Source: Setoptus koraiensis
Lineage: Eukaryota > Animalia > Arthropoda
Direction: 5' to 3'
Assembly (NCBI GenBank): GCA_048013815.1
Contig: CM106585.1
Span: 15,934,001 to 15,998,000 of the forward strand
Length of the DNA stretch: 64,000 nucleotides
The notes beneath the pieces are model-generated. The model did no database searches. It saw only the letters and a program-made list of their open reading frames with translations, and was not told where the DNA came from. The translations under genes and the position numbers were made by a program. Within the stretch, counting starts at the first letter, position 1; each line of letters opens with the position of its first letter. Below are positions 52,671-64,000 of the stretch, one piece after another.

Positions 52671-53306
52671 ATGGCCTCAAGAAGATTACATCATCCTCAC
52701 CTATTATTGTTGCTAGTTCTCACATCGGCCCTTTCACAGCAAACTTTCGGTTTGAGCCAACAGTCTTCGGTTGTGAGCTCAGAAAGTGCCTCTTCTTCGC
52801 AACCTCTTTGGTCTTACCAGGTGAGACCAAGCGGCGGTTTAACCTCAAGCCAGTCGAGCCCAAGTCCTTACACTGCGCCCTCGCTGATGGAGGCCTTCAA
52901 TGGATTGAGCCAACGCCAGGGAGCCCTTAGCGGAAGTCCGTTCTTGTCGATATTACCCATCATATTGATAGCTGCAGGTGGAATGCTACTGCTGTTGCCG
53001 ATATTAACAATGATAATTTCGCCCAATCTGTCCGGTTTCGGACAGTATGGTGGTGGCCCGTTTGGATATCCGGGTCAAGTTGGTGCCAGAAAACGTTCAC
53101 TTGTTGATCAATTGTCCAGCCAAAAAGGCATTGCTGAGCTATTTGATCAAGTTTCGTCGTCCATAGAGGAGTTAACTAAAAAGTTCAATCCATCAACTAA
53201 TGGTTCTGCCTCGACCAGTTCAGCGAAGAAGGCAAAATCATTGAGCACACACAACCCCAAGGATACCAACATCAATGACCTTGGCTCGACTTCCCAGGGA
53301 AGTTAG
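52671..53306 (+). CDS. Uncharacterised secreted/membrane precursor protein (211 aa)
   Basis: ATG in an A-rich context; signal-peptide-like LLLLLVLTSALS; Ser-rich linker; internal hydrophobic segment FLSILPIILIAAGGMLLLLPILTMII; Gly-rich GFGQYGGGPFGYPG; basic site ARKRS; amphipathic helix IAELFDQVSSSIEELTKKF. Confidence 0.75.
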   Translation: MASRRLHHPHLLLLLVLTSALSQQTFGLSQQSSVVSSESASSSQPLWSYQVRPSGGLTSSQSSPSPYTAPSLMEAFNGLSQRQGALSGSPFLSILPIILIAAGGMLLLLPILTMIISPNLSGFGQYGGGPFGYPGQVGARKRSLVDQLSSQKGIAELFDQVSSSIEELTKKFNPSTNGSASTSSAKKAKSLSTHNPKDTNINDLGSTSQGS

Positions 53307-53821
53307 TTTGATTTCGCATCAACATGAGGTCCTCATGATAAAGGTGAGTCACATAATAATAGCTATGATCTACCACACCGCCCTAATACAAATTATAAAC
53401 AACAACAACGTCAAAAATAACAATGCTTTGTCCAAATTGTCAAAAATTCATTCGTGGATAGAGAAGAATGGATATGCTGTTGTGCGCAACTCCTCCGATC
53501 TCCACTCATCAGCTGGTACATGTAAGCATTGTCAAAAAATAAATAATGCCGTTAAATCACGTCATTCGAGAGATAATCGGTATTAGGAAGGAGTTATTAT
53601 TACATTATTTATGAATACCGGTGATGCTAACTATTGTTGTAATTATCACATCTATATATATACCAACAACTCCACTACGTAACAATATTCGGAACTCAAC
53701 AAGCGCCAGTAACAATCTTAGCTATTATTCGACTATTTAGACTACCCCCAGTAGTAGCGTTGTAGATATAACCGACATCATTTTACAAACACAGATAACT
53801 ATTATTACTATTAGAATAAAT

Positions 53822-54370
53822 ATGACAAGCCAAGATCAATCATTCACATACCCCTGGGAGTATAATTTCCCACCATTTTTTACATTGCAGCCCAATCTAG
53901 AAACTAGGAGAGTCCAACTAGAGTCGTGGCGATCACTAATCTTAGACTATTGCAACAATCAAAATATTACTCAATTGAACCTACGCTCTTGGTCTAATAA
54001 AGCGCCATTCTATAATGAGACCATAGACAGGAGATTAAGTTTGGACTTTATGAAGATAGTCATTGATAGCCTATGTGAGAAAAAATTTGCCGAATGGGTG
54101 GACAAGCAACACGAAACGTGTATAATATATTTTCGTCCTCCTTCCCACTGGGCTCAAGTTATATATGATTATGTTAACGAGAAATCATTTTACAATACGG
54201 TATTGACATTCTACGAATTGATCAATGGCGAAAGTACAAAAAACTACGAATTCCATAATTTAGACGAGATCGTATTCACGAAGGCCTTGCAAGTGTTGGA
54301 AAAAGAAGGCAAGGCTGCCATAATAGAGATGGAAGGTACCAAAGGTGTTAAATTTGTATATACACATTAG
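53822..54370 (+). CDS. VPS25: Vacuolar protein-sorting protein 25 (ESCRT-II)
   Basis: Intronless 182 aa: FTYPWEYNFPPFFTLQPNLETRRVQLESWRSLILDYC..PFYNETIDRRL..FRPPSHWAQVIYDYV..TVLTFYELING..ALQVLEKEGKAAII..GVKF. Confidence 0.96.
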   Translation: MTSQDQSFTYPWEYNFPPFFTLQPNLETRRVQLESWRSLILDYCNNQNITQLNLRSWSNKAPFYNETIDRRLSLDFMKIVIDSLCEKKFAEWVDKQHETCIIYFRPPSHWAQVIYDYVNEKSFYNTVLTFYELINGESTKNYEFHNLDEIVFTKALQVLEKEGKAAIIEMEGTKGVKFVYTH

Positions 54371-54870
54371 TCTAAATTTGCACGATTGCATCAATCGTTA
54401 CAATCGTTCGAGAAACGATCACACATGTATATCACATATATAAATATATTGATTGTACCAGCGGTACAATCGGACTTGTAACAACAATTAATAATAATTA
54501 TAATAGTAACTTTTGACTCAACTCTTGGTATACTCAATCTTTGAGAGAGCGTATGAACTTTGGCACTGCGGCAATTTTAGTAAAAACATGTAATGGGTTA
54601 ATTGGATCCAACAGTTTCGTTGGCCATACATGAGGGCCGTAAATTTGACTGGGCAAAACGGGCAAACAAACAAGTGACATGGGTTTATCACACATGAGAT
54701 CATGAACATATTTTCTTGAATTTGATTTGTTGTTGCAACCTTTGTTGCGTCTGACAAGAAGTTTGGTAACTTGGAATTTGGATTAAAACGACAATTTCAC
54801 CTGGGTTATATTAAGGCGCCTTGGGCGACTGTCGGCGGCGAAACTCCCCTGACTAGCAGTTATGAATGAG

Positions 54871-56904
54871 TTATCCGTGGGATAAAGAGTCTGATTCTAG
54901 GTTTGAGATGCTGTCTTCTCTTTTGCGTCCTTTTGGCTCGAATAGTACCTCTAACTGCTCCAATGACTTGCCCTTGGTTTCGGGCAACATAATGGCAAAC
55001 GTGATAAAACCAATGGTGGCAAAAGCGGAATATAAATAGAAGGCGCCCTGCTTGGTGATGGCACTGGTCAAACTGAGAAAGGTCATGGATATTATCAGAT
55101 TGGACATCCAATTAACACTAGAGGCGGCCGATATGGACCAGCTCTTGGCCCACGAGGGGAATATCTCTGCGTTGATGGTCCACGGCATTGGGCCCATGCC
55201 TGGGATATTAAGCGAGCATTTTTCGTAACAGATAAAGAGACAAATGAAAGAAAGGAATGGAATGAGTGAATGCGTTCGAAACAATCATACTCCAATGCTC
55301 CATCCAGAGAGTGTCATCAGAGAGTTTTCGGGGCATAGTTACCTGGCGCGAAGAACATCAGATATAGCATGAGACCGGCGACGATGAGCCACGAGTAATG
55401 AGACGGGCACCATTCGTAGGCCCACACCACATCGGCGGTCAGGTTGGTTCCGTTGAGGCAGCTGCCCACTGTGGCGTAACACGATGAATTATATGATTAT
55501 TACATCATCTTAAGTATTATATGTTATCATTGTTGGCAGGGCGAATTGAATTGCCGAGAGCTTACCTTGTGACCTGTCGTGGTGGTCGTGGTTGACGGGC
55601 AGACACATGCCCTGAATGGGGCCGGGGCTGCTGGAGAAACAGAAGCCGCAATCGGTTCGCTTGGAGCAGTCCGAACAGGCCTTGATTGAGTCGCCGGAGC
55701 AGCTGCCGAGATTGCCGCCGGCGACCATAGTTGCCGTTGTTGTTGCTGCTGTTGTTGTTGTTGTTACATTGTCTGGCTGACCCGGCACAACTGGGGGCGA
55801 GTTGTAGTAGGCGAATTGGAAGCCCGCCGCCAGCACTATGAGGCTCATGATGACTCCAAACAAACTGAACAGCGTCAACTTGCGTCGGCCTATCCGCTCC
55901 ACCAGAATGCCACCCAAAATGGTGAACACAAAATTGACGCCGGCCGTGGCCGCCGACAACAGCAACGCCTCGGATTTGTCGTACACGCCGGACATTTCTA
56001 TAATGCTGGCCGAATAATACATGACTGTGTTGATGCCGGACAATTGTTGGGTCAATTGCAGCATGCAGCCAATGAACAGTGCCTTAAGTGCGGGCCCATT
56101 GGTGATTATCCGGCGAAATGTCGACGTGCTCGGGTCCTTGAGATCTTGTTCGTTTTGTGTCCTAATGCTGCTGTCCTTGATAAGCTGAAACTCGGCCTGG
56201 CACGGATAGCCCAGGGGTCGGATTTTTCTGAGCACCTCCAGGCCTTGGTTGTATTTTTTCACCTTTATGAGCCATCTTGGCGATTCCGGCATAAACAGAA
56301 AGGCGAAAAATTGTATGATGGCCGGCACAGCGGCAAAGCCCAACATAAAGCGCCAGCCGTCGGTGCCGTTCAATTTGCTAAATAAATAGGCCAGAGTTGA
56401 GGCGAAAAACTGACCGCCCGTTATGCAGCACATATTAATGAGTACCAATTGACCGCGAATGTTTGTTGGGGCCACCTCGGCTATATACATGGGCACTGTC
56501 ACTGAGGCAAGGCCAACCGCGGCGCCCACCACAAGCCGACCAATCAACAGGATGTATTTATTCCAGGCCATGGCCAATATAACTGAGCCAAGCGTGAACA
56601 CCAACGACGAGAATAATATCACCGGCCTGCGGCCGAATTTGTCCGCAATACATCCCGATGCCATGGACGATATGAATGCCGTAAATAAAGTTGATGACAC
56701 TATTGCCTCCTGCCACCACTCGCTCAAATCAAACACATCCCTAATGAATAACATGGTGCCCGAAATTATGCCCGTGTCATATCCGAACAGGAAGCCGCCC
56801 AGGGCACCCAAAATAGAGACCACATAAATGTACATGTTGTTGCCGCTAACTCCCTTCAATAATGGTGTGTCCTCCTGGGGACTCAGCATGAAATCTGGAT
56901 GCAT
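54871..56904 (-). CDS. SLC2A13: Proton myo-inositol cotransporter (MFS sugar porter, HMIT)
   Basis: Exons 56904-55566, 55468-55343 and 55199-54871 (597 aa). GGFLFGYDTGIISG, DKFGRR, PMYIAEVAP..RG, PESPRWL, QQLSGINTVMYYS, ERIGRR, the HMIT-type Cys-rich loop (CSDCSKRTDCGFC..C..C..WAYEWCP), FFAPGMGPMPWTINAEIFP and PETKGKSLE. Confidence 0.95.
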
Positions 56905-59866
56905 CTTGGCAGTTGAAGGTCTAGCTGCTGAAATTAAAAATTTGTTTCAAACAGTTGTAATTGTCCACACGTAATCAGTTGTTATCTTTCGCCCGCTGGC
57001 GTGATTAAAGTGATATTAGTAGCTTCTGTTGGCTAGTCGTTGATTGTTCCACAAGTACCGTCAGTAGTCGTGCGAATAGATTTGCATAGATTAGATTAAT
57101 CTCGAGCCGCTACTTGTTGCTATCAGCTAGCAAGACCAATAGAGTAAAATTTAAATTTCCGCGACGTGTGACTGATCAATCGCTGAATCAACAAGGGTTT
57201 ATCAATCGCTTATTATTGTTACTACAAGTTGTTGTTTCTATTGTTCCATTTGATGCGGCGCTGTTCGCCCAACTCAACTAACAATTATAACTCGGACAAT
57301 TAACGGATTTTACCATTACACCGAAAGACTCAACTCGATGAATGATACATTAATGTGTGTTATTGAGAATAATGAAAGTGACGCTCGTGAATCACTGACC
57401 AGAGACAGAGAATGCCAGAAACATCGGTGGGTTCTATCTCATCTGATCATATCTTGTTGTAACTATTTATTTAGTGATTTATTTAGTGATTTTTTGATCC
57501 AGTGGAATAGTTTTTGTCACTAGCAGTGACAGTGGTAGTTTATCTCAACGAAACATAAATGGCACTAAACCAATAACAAAACAGCTCTGTCTGTAAGGAT
57601 TCCATTACAGCGATGTTTCCATCATTTGTTTCCAGCGGGTGTGTGTGTGTGTGTGTGTCATCATGTAAAACTCATGTAAAATTACCACTGGCAGGTAGGC
57701 CCAACAACCAAACAATAATGAAAATTATCAGATTGATCTAATGATCGACACTTATTACGCCAATGATCGATATCAGCTGTTGTTATTATCTTATCACCTA
57801 ACTACGGTTTATTTGGCGCATTTCTGTAACTCACATCGATATCATTTTCAGCAATATCTGCTGCTGCTGCCGCTGCATGTCTTGGCTATTCAAAAGAATA
57901 TTTTTACGCTTGTTATTCTAGCCATCGTCTCTAGTCATCATAGTCGTTGAGTCTAGCAAAATATTATGCCAACGATTATCGTAGTGTGATATTGTCAAAA
58001 TTAAATCATGTTGACATGGTCGTGATGATTGACAATCTCTATTCGACAGCACTTGTTGCAATTTTTCACACCACCGTCGTGACGCTGATTAGTTTTGAAT
58101 GAATGTCGCTTATCGATCCATCAGCCCTACATCAGACGAATATCAGATATTGTCACATTGCGACAACTACGGGTGGTGCAAGCTGCGATATTGTGATATG
58201 TTCACATGCAATTTGCATGCCGTGTATAGATGCCAATAAATAGCAGACGCATTCTTTCTTGTTCATTCACCTTTCGAAGCTACCAACGAGTTGCCGCAAA
58301 ATGCGCCATCAATCAGTGCTCAAAGCAGACTTATTATTTATCATAATCATTAGTATTAGTGGCAGCGGCGATCACTGACCAATCACTGACTTGTCAACGC
58401 TCCGATTGTCAGGTCTCAGACGCCCATTTCGATTCACGAGTGTCAATTTGTCAGTGGGGGAACTGTCTCGGGATTGTGCCCGTTTTCTAAAACGGAACTC
58501 GAGAGCGGGGCATTTACCTGCACCAATCGCCAGCAGTAGTTAGTTGCGAGCATGTCAGCCGGGAGAAGAAGTAAAAATGCCCTGCTGTCGGATGTCGAGC
58601 CAGCCTGTCAGCGGATTGCGACAAACTAAGCTTAGCTCTACGGCCGTGTGATCGTTGTGGATATGATTCATGAATCGCTCGCCAAGTGCTCGCCTGTTTG
58701 TCGCTTCGAATGGCAATGATATAATCATATGATGTTTATATCATTCGAACAGATTCAGTGTCTCAATTAGAGACTCTCAAATGGAGATATGAATTTGAGA
58801 TTGTCAGAGTATGAGCACAGCAAGCTTCTATAATCGGCTAGCAAACACCAGTTGCAGCATACGAGATTGTCAAGTGATCGACATGGCAGCAATAGATAAA
58901 CTTTCTGTGGCCACAACAAGTGTCCATTGACCACCGCAACGAAAAGTCAGTCTCACACAAGAACTGTGTGCAAAAAGGGCAAATTTCATTGAAATGAAAT
59001 TTGCTTTCGTCGCAAAACTTTCCTGCATACAATTCACTTGCTAATAGCAAGTTGTTATTCATTGCTTGCAATTCATTCGTCTGGCAGGCAGTCGGCCGGT
59101 TAGCAGTCCATTACGCAACTCTAATCTGATCTTATAAATCTAATTATAATGATGGATTTAATTAATTCGAGGCTGACTAGCGAGGGGTTAGCTAGTTTGG
59201 AGGAGGGTTTCTCTTGCAGTTGGCGAGTTCATCGTATCAACTTCCTCCTCTTCCTCTTCCTCTTTTTCGTTTCTCAAGCCTCTCTTTCTCTCTCTCTCTC
59301 CCTAGCGAAAAATTGTGCAGACTCTGCGGCCAGTCGTTGCGTCAGGGTTGTTATGAATTGCGCGTCCAGCTAACATGACATCTAGTCGGGCCGTTTATTA
59401 GTTAGTTGATTAGTTTAATATTGCACCATGCGCCATATTGAATATTCAGCTAGCTGGCAGCCACAACAAGTGGTGCGATTAGTGTGGTTCAATGTCAACG
59501 AACGCTGCACCTGAATCGTGTGACATTGAACTTGTCTCATTTTTTTTTTATTATTGCATCATGACGGATTGACGATCGCGAATCTTTTCGCGTAAAACTC
59601 GAAAATCGTTGCAACCCGCAAAGTTCAAGCCATGCCAGCACTTGGACGGCATGAGCTTCGAGATTGGAGCTTCATCGCAAAGCTTTTTATTAGAGACCAT
59701 CATTACTGCCACTGACCATTATTGAGTCCAGTAACGCACAAGACTTATTGTTGGCTGTTTCGTATAGCTACGTCACATTGATATTTTGTCAATAGTGGCA
59801 ACAGTAACACAGTTTTATAGTTAATTATCATATCAATTGCCATCAATCACATCAGCACATGATATA

Positions 59867-61396
59867 ATGGGTTTAAATAACAGTTACGTAATTATAGTTA
59901 TTTTAGTCAACTTGTTCGCTGCTCAACATGTTCTGGCTAGCGTACCAGTGCAGCCAACAGGCCAAACAATTAGCGCACCAGCGGAGGGCGCCAGTCAAGG
60001 CACTCAAAATGGCGCCTCAATACATTATCCGTCTGTGAAGGAAGTAGTTGTGAGTAGTGAATAATTTCAATCAATCAATTAATTGTTGCATAAAGCATGC
60101 ACAGCTAATCGAATGTAGAATCGTCAGTAAATTGTAACATGCATTCATCCGTTGATAAATTTGTAAATTATCAGTTAATTAATCAATGGCAATCAATTAA
60201 ATCTTCAACGTTTTACTCATTAATAAATTGCAACAATAATTTAGGATCGATTGCACCAATTGGACGTGGACATTGGCAGACTGGTGTTCAACTCGACATC
60301 GTTATTTTCGCCACCAGCACAACAGTTGACTTACACCACAGACACAACCGGCGTGGGCAGTAAATCTGGCGATTCAACGACAAAATTCACCGAGGTTCTC
60401 ATGGATCTCGATTCGCTTCAGGACGAGGTAAGTGGAGCGAGCGACAACAATGGCTCAATCACCGAGTCGTCACATCACATCAGATGCATCAATCTGCGTG
60501 ACCAATTAATTAATTACGTCTGCATACACTCTTCATAATTAATTAATTGATTAATTAATCACTGCGACTCATTACAGGTGAACGTGCTCATAAAGAATGT
60601 CACCCGCACCAGGCAGTACAACTTGCTGGTGAGACTGAGACCATTGAATACTCTGCTATACAGAATACGCAACAATTTGTATTTGATGCGAAACAGTTTG
60701 ATCGCCCTAAACACAGTGACCAGTTTAGAGAAAATTGCCAATTCAGTTTTAGACACAACTCTGACAGTATTCTTAAAGCCGGACGGATCAGCGCCAGGGG
60801 GCGACGAAGCCGAGGACAATTTGCTCGATGCTGGCGCCAACACATTGCCGCCCGATGCGCTGAAGCCAGACGCCAACGAGGAGGCCCTGATAGCGGAAGC
60901 GGAGGCGGCCGCAGCCAACGATCAGGACCTCAACAGGCCCCTGTCGGATCTCGATGGAGATCTGGGATTTGGACAGGGCGCCGGAAGCAGCACAACGCCG
61001 CCGCCGCCGCCGTCACCAACACCTTCAACAACAACCACTACCACCACCACAACTAGCCCGGTTCCTGTGTTCGAGCAGCCGCCGAGATTGAGACCGGCAC
61101 AAGAGCCACTATTAACCAGGCCGGTGAGGACCCGGATTCAACCACCGTCGAGAACGCAGCAACAGCCGCCGCCGTCCACAACTGTCACAAGCACCACCAC
61201 CACCACCACAACTGAGGCTCCTCCGCCTTCCACGACGACCACCACAACAACAGCGTCTCCTGTTGTTGTTAATTTAAACAATCAGTCCAACAGAAATACA
61301 AACAATCCGAGACAATCCAACAGCACTAGATTGCAAGGTACCCGCATCAGACCGTTGTCGTCGCGACCGGGCTTGCTCGAGCTGGCCACCGAGTAA
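59867..61396 (+). CDS. Orphan secreted protein: helical core plus acidic and Pro/Thr mucin-like tail
   Basis: Exons 59867-60049, 60245-60427 and 60578-61396 (gtgagt/tag, gtaagt/cag; all phase 0; 394 aa). Signal peptide MGLNNSYVIIVILVNLFAAQHVLA. Joins listed ORFs 59837.., 60251.. and 60578.. in one frame. Confidence 0.8.
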
Positions 61397-62371
61397 ATCG
61401 CAACAATCCCGCTACTGGGGGATTGTCACATCATGACACTGACAATAATCAGGCTAGCCGACAGTTAGAATAACGGTCGATATCAACTCAATTCAATTTC
61501 GGTGTCTGCCACGAATTGACACTGCTCAAAGAGTGATGCTACTCGCAATGGCAATTCGCTCATCCGATAATCTAATCCGATCCGGCGAATCTGATGAACG
61601 GCATGCATCGTGAATGCCTACAATCTGTGTCTTGATGATTATGGTGCGAGTGATTTATGGGATTGAGTCAGTCTGATAAAATCTATACATTTTTTTTTCT
61701 AGCTTAAATCAATGGTGGAGAGAAAGGGAGCGAGGGAGACAGCAAATAAACAGAGACGATTGATGAGATACATACAAACACAAAACATCACCAATAAATA
61801 TATGCGTCGATGGCTTTGAAACCTGCACTAGGTCGTTATCGTGCCACACTCACATCTTCTGATATCGTTTTCCGACTATTTTCGAAATTTTGTGAAATTC
61901 AGGAATTTGTAAATTTTTCATCGACTCGTATAGCTGAAACGTAATAGTGGAGAATTCATGAAAGTATGGCCCAGTTTTCAGTTTTTACGCCAGAAAACTA
62001 GGGTACGCTTCAAAATCAGGTGCTTTCTGGTGGAAGAAAACAGGGTTAGGAGCTGGATACGAAGCTTTAGAGTTTTGTCATCGACAGAGAAATTTCGTGA
62101 ACAGAAAAATGTTTGTCACGAAATTTTCCGCCAAATGTTTGCCTGATACACGCATCCGTGCATCGATCATGAATATCGATTCGAACACTTTCGGTGAACA
62201 GTGAACGTTATTTATTTATATGTTATTTACAACGGGCGCCAATCAATCGCGCTATGCGATTATTTGCAATTAGTAATTTTAATAATAATACGACAATAAT
62301 AATAGTTAATTGAGAGAGAGAGAGTTTTTTGGGGGGCCAGCATGCGGCCATGTGCACTAACAAGAAAATCA

Positions 62372-64000
62372 CTACGATGAGCCTGCATGATGTGCTTTTT
62401 CCAGCGAGTCCATTTGAATTCTCAGCGTGGTCAGATCACAGGTTACGTCATACCAGGGCGAACATTTCGTTGACGATTTGTCGAACCTCGTCTGGCGCGG
62501 ACAGTCAAATGCGAGCATGTGGCCGGCGCTCGAGCAATGGAAGAACCTCTGTTGCATTTGCGTATATTCGTATATCGGGATATATGTTCGTGTATTGGGA
62601 CAAATATGACAGATATGACAAAGTTAGTTGGCAGAATCGGCACTGAAATATCATGCAAACAAATATTGACTTAAGAGTTATTGTTGCGTACCTGACAGAC
62701 GGTGCTCAAATCGGGATAAAATCCCATCGGTTTTCCGAGGCAACTGAAGGCCGCTTTTGGTTCGTCGCCGGGGGCCTCGTCATCGGGTGCACCGGTCGGC
62801 TTCACCAGTGCGGCCGGTTTCACCAGTGCGGCCGGTTTCACAAGTGCGCCCGGTTGCCTCAAATCGAGCCGAGCGACCGCCGAGTCGGCACGACTGGCAT
62901 TGATGCTTGCGTTCGTCACCATCGGATTCGTCCAAGAATCCAAACCGTTATCGGTCTTACCTGTGTCTGTTGTGTCGGTGGCAGTTGTGTCAACGGATGG
63001 CTCGTCCGCTGCACTGTCCAGTCTCCGCAGCGAATCGTCGCCGCTGGCCGGCGATAATTTAATGTATTTCAGACGCTGCAATCTGGTGAGAAAGTCCTCT
63101 TTCGATCTGGATTGTTGTTGTCGGTTGCTCGTGGGCATCTCATCTGCGCTGCCATTGTCCGTTGGCGTTGCTTGAAATTGCTCCGAAGAGCGAGCGTTTT
63201 CGTTTTTATCCGTTGCTGCAAATTTTTGCTGCAATTTACCGCCCGACAATCTGGCATTGAGCTCATCCTTTTGCACCATCCTTTGCGCCCGCAACAACCA
63301 ACTGATATTGTTGAATGCATTGTACAGGCCCAAACCGTGACGATGGCCGTCGAGCCAGCCATTGAGGCCCATTGTTTGAGTGTTGTGAGGTCGCAACAAA
63401 TTAAAAGACGAAAACACGCTGGTCTGGTCGTCGTGGTCGTTGCGGTTATTGATTGGGGCCCCGTTGAATGCGAAGGCGGCGGCGCTCGCGTTTCCGTCGG
63501 GCGTTGCGTACATTTGCGACGACAACGACGACGACGATTCATTGTGCAGCATAGAATCGAGGCCGCCGAACACGGGGGCCCCGTTGAACATTGTTATGGG
63601 CCCGGGCACCTGGTGCCGTATGGACGCTATTCTGAACAGCGCCAGGGCGCGATTTCTTTCGCGTTCTCGCCAGTCGAGCCAATGTTCAATGGACTGGTTC
63701 CGTTTGCTCGCCTTGTTCAGCTCCTCAGTGGCTATTGTGTCGACGCCCTCGGGCTCACCGAGCTCGTCGTGATTCTCGTCCAGTGTGTAGATAAGACTAG
63801 ATAATTTGTTCAGGCGGCCGCCTGAACTTGTGGCGTTTGTTGAGTTTATCGCGCCTATTTCGCTTATTTCGCCAACCGGAAATGCCGCATAGCCGGCTGT
63901 GCCGTTGACTGCTGTAGGAACTGCTGCTTGTGTGTGATTTTGCTGTTGCTGCTGATGCTGCTGCAATTGCGAGAATCCGGCCGAACCGGCATTGAGACCG
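62372..64000 (-). CDS. Chitin-binding peritrophin-A (CBM14) domain protein, 3' part (continues beyond the right edge)
   Basis: Frame is open from the window edge to the donor at 62691; last exon is 62548-62372. The spliced domain FSCLGKPMGFYPDLSTVCQ|RFFHCSSAGHMLAFDCPRQTRFDKSSTKCSPWYDVTC has the six-Cys CBM14 pattern. Confidence 0.88.

Overview
This is eukaryotic DNA from an arthropod, most likely a compact-genome mite (inferred from gene content, ~100-150 nt introns, intronless housekeeping genes and pervasive CAA/CAG repeats; species not determined). It is not prokaryotic, and I found no CRISPR array, rRNA or tRNA. Gene order: mitochondrial Lon protease (-, runs off the left edge); dysfusion/NPAS4 bHLH-PAS factor (+, 5 exons over 23.5 kb, ~1023 aa, reconstructed by hand because the ORF track splits it); intronless ELP3 (+); stripe/EGR zinc-finger factor (-, 2 coding exons, 5' end uncertain); a truncated RagC/D GTPase fragment with a broken P-loop (+); an NRF-6/acyltransferase-3 membrane protein (+, 5 exons); PHF14 (-, 2 exons); an unknown 211-aa secreted/membrane precursor (+); VPS25 (+); the myo-inositol transporter SLC2A13/HMIT (-, 3 exons); an orphan secreted mucin-tailed protein (+, 3 exons); and a chitin-binding CBM14 protein (-, runs off the right edge). 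The most intriguing unexplained signals lie upstream of stripe: four back-to-back hairpins (38175-38377), an ATF4-like uORF arrangement, and the RagC fragment fused to a possible Helitron/PIF1 remnant. Also notable are a perfect 34-bp palindrome, helically phased motif arrays, and 3' splice sites that mostly lack polypyrimidine tracts. All homology calls come from motif recognition by eye; no searches were run.
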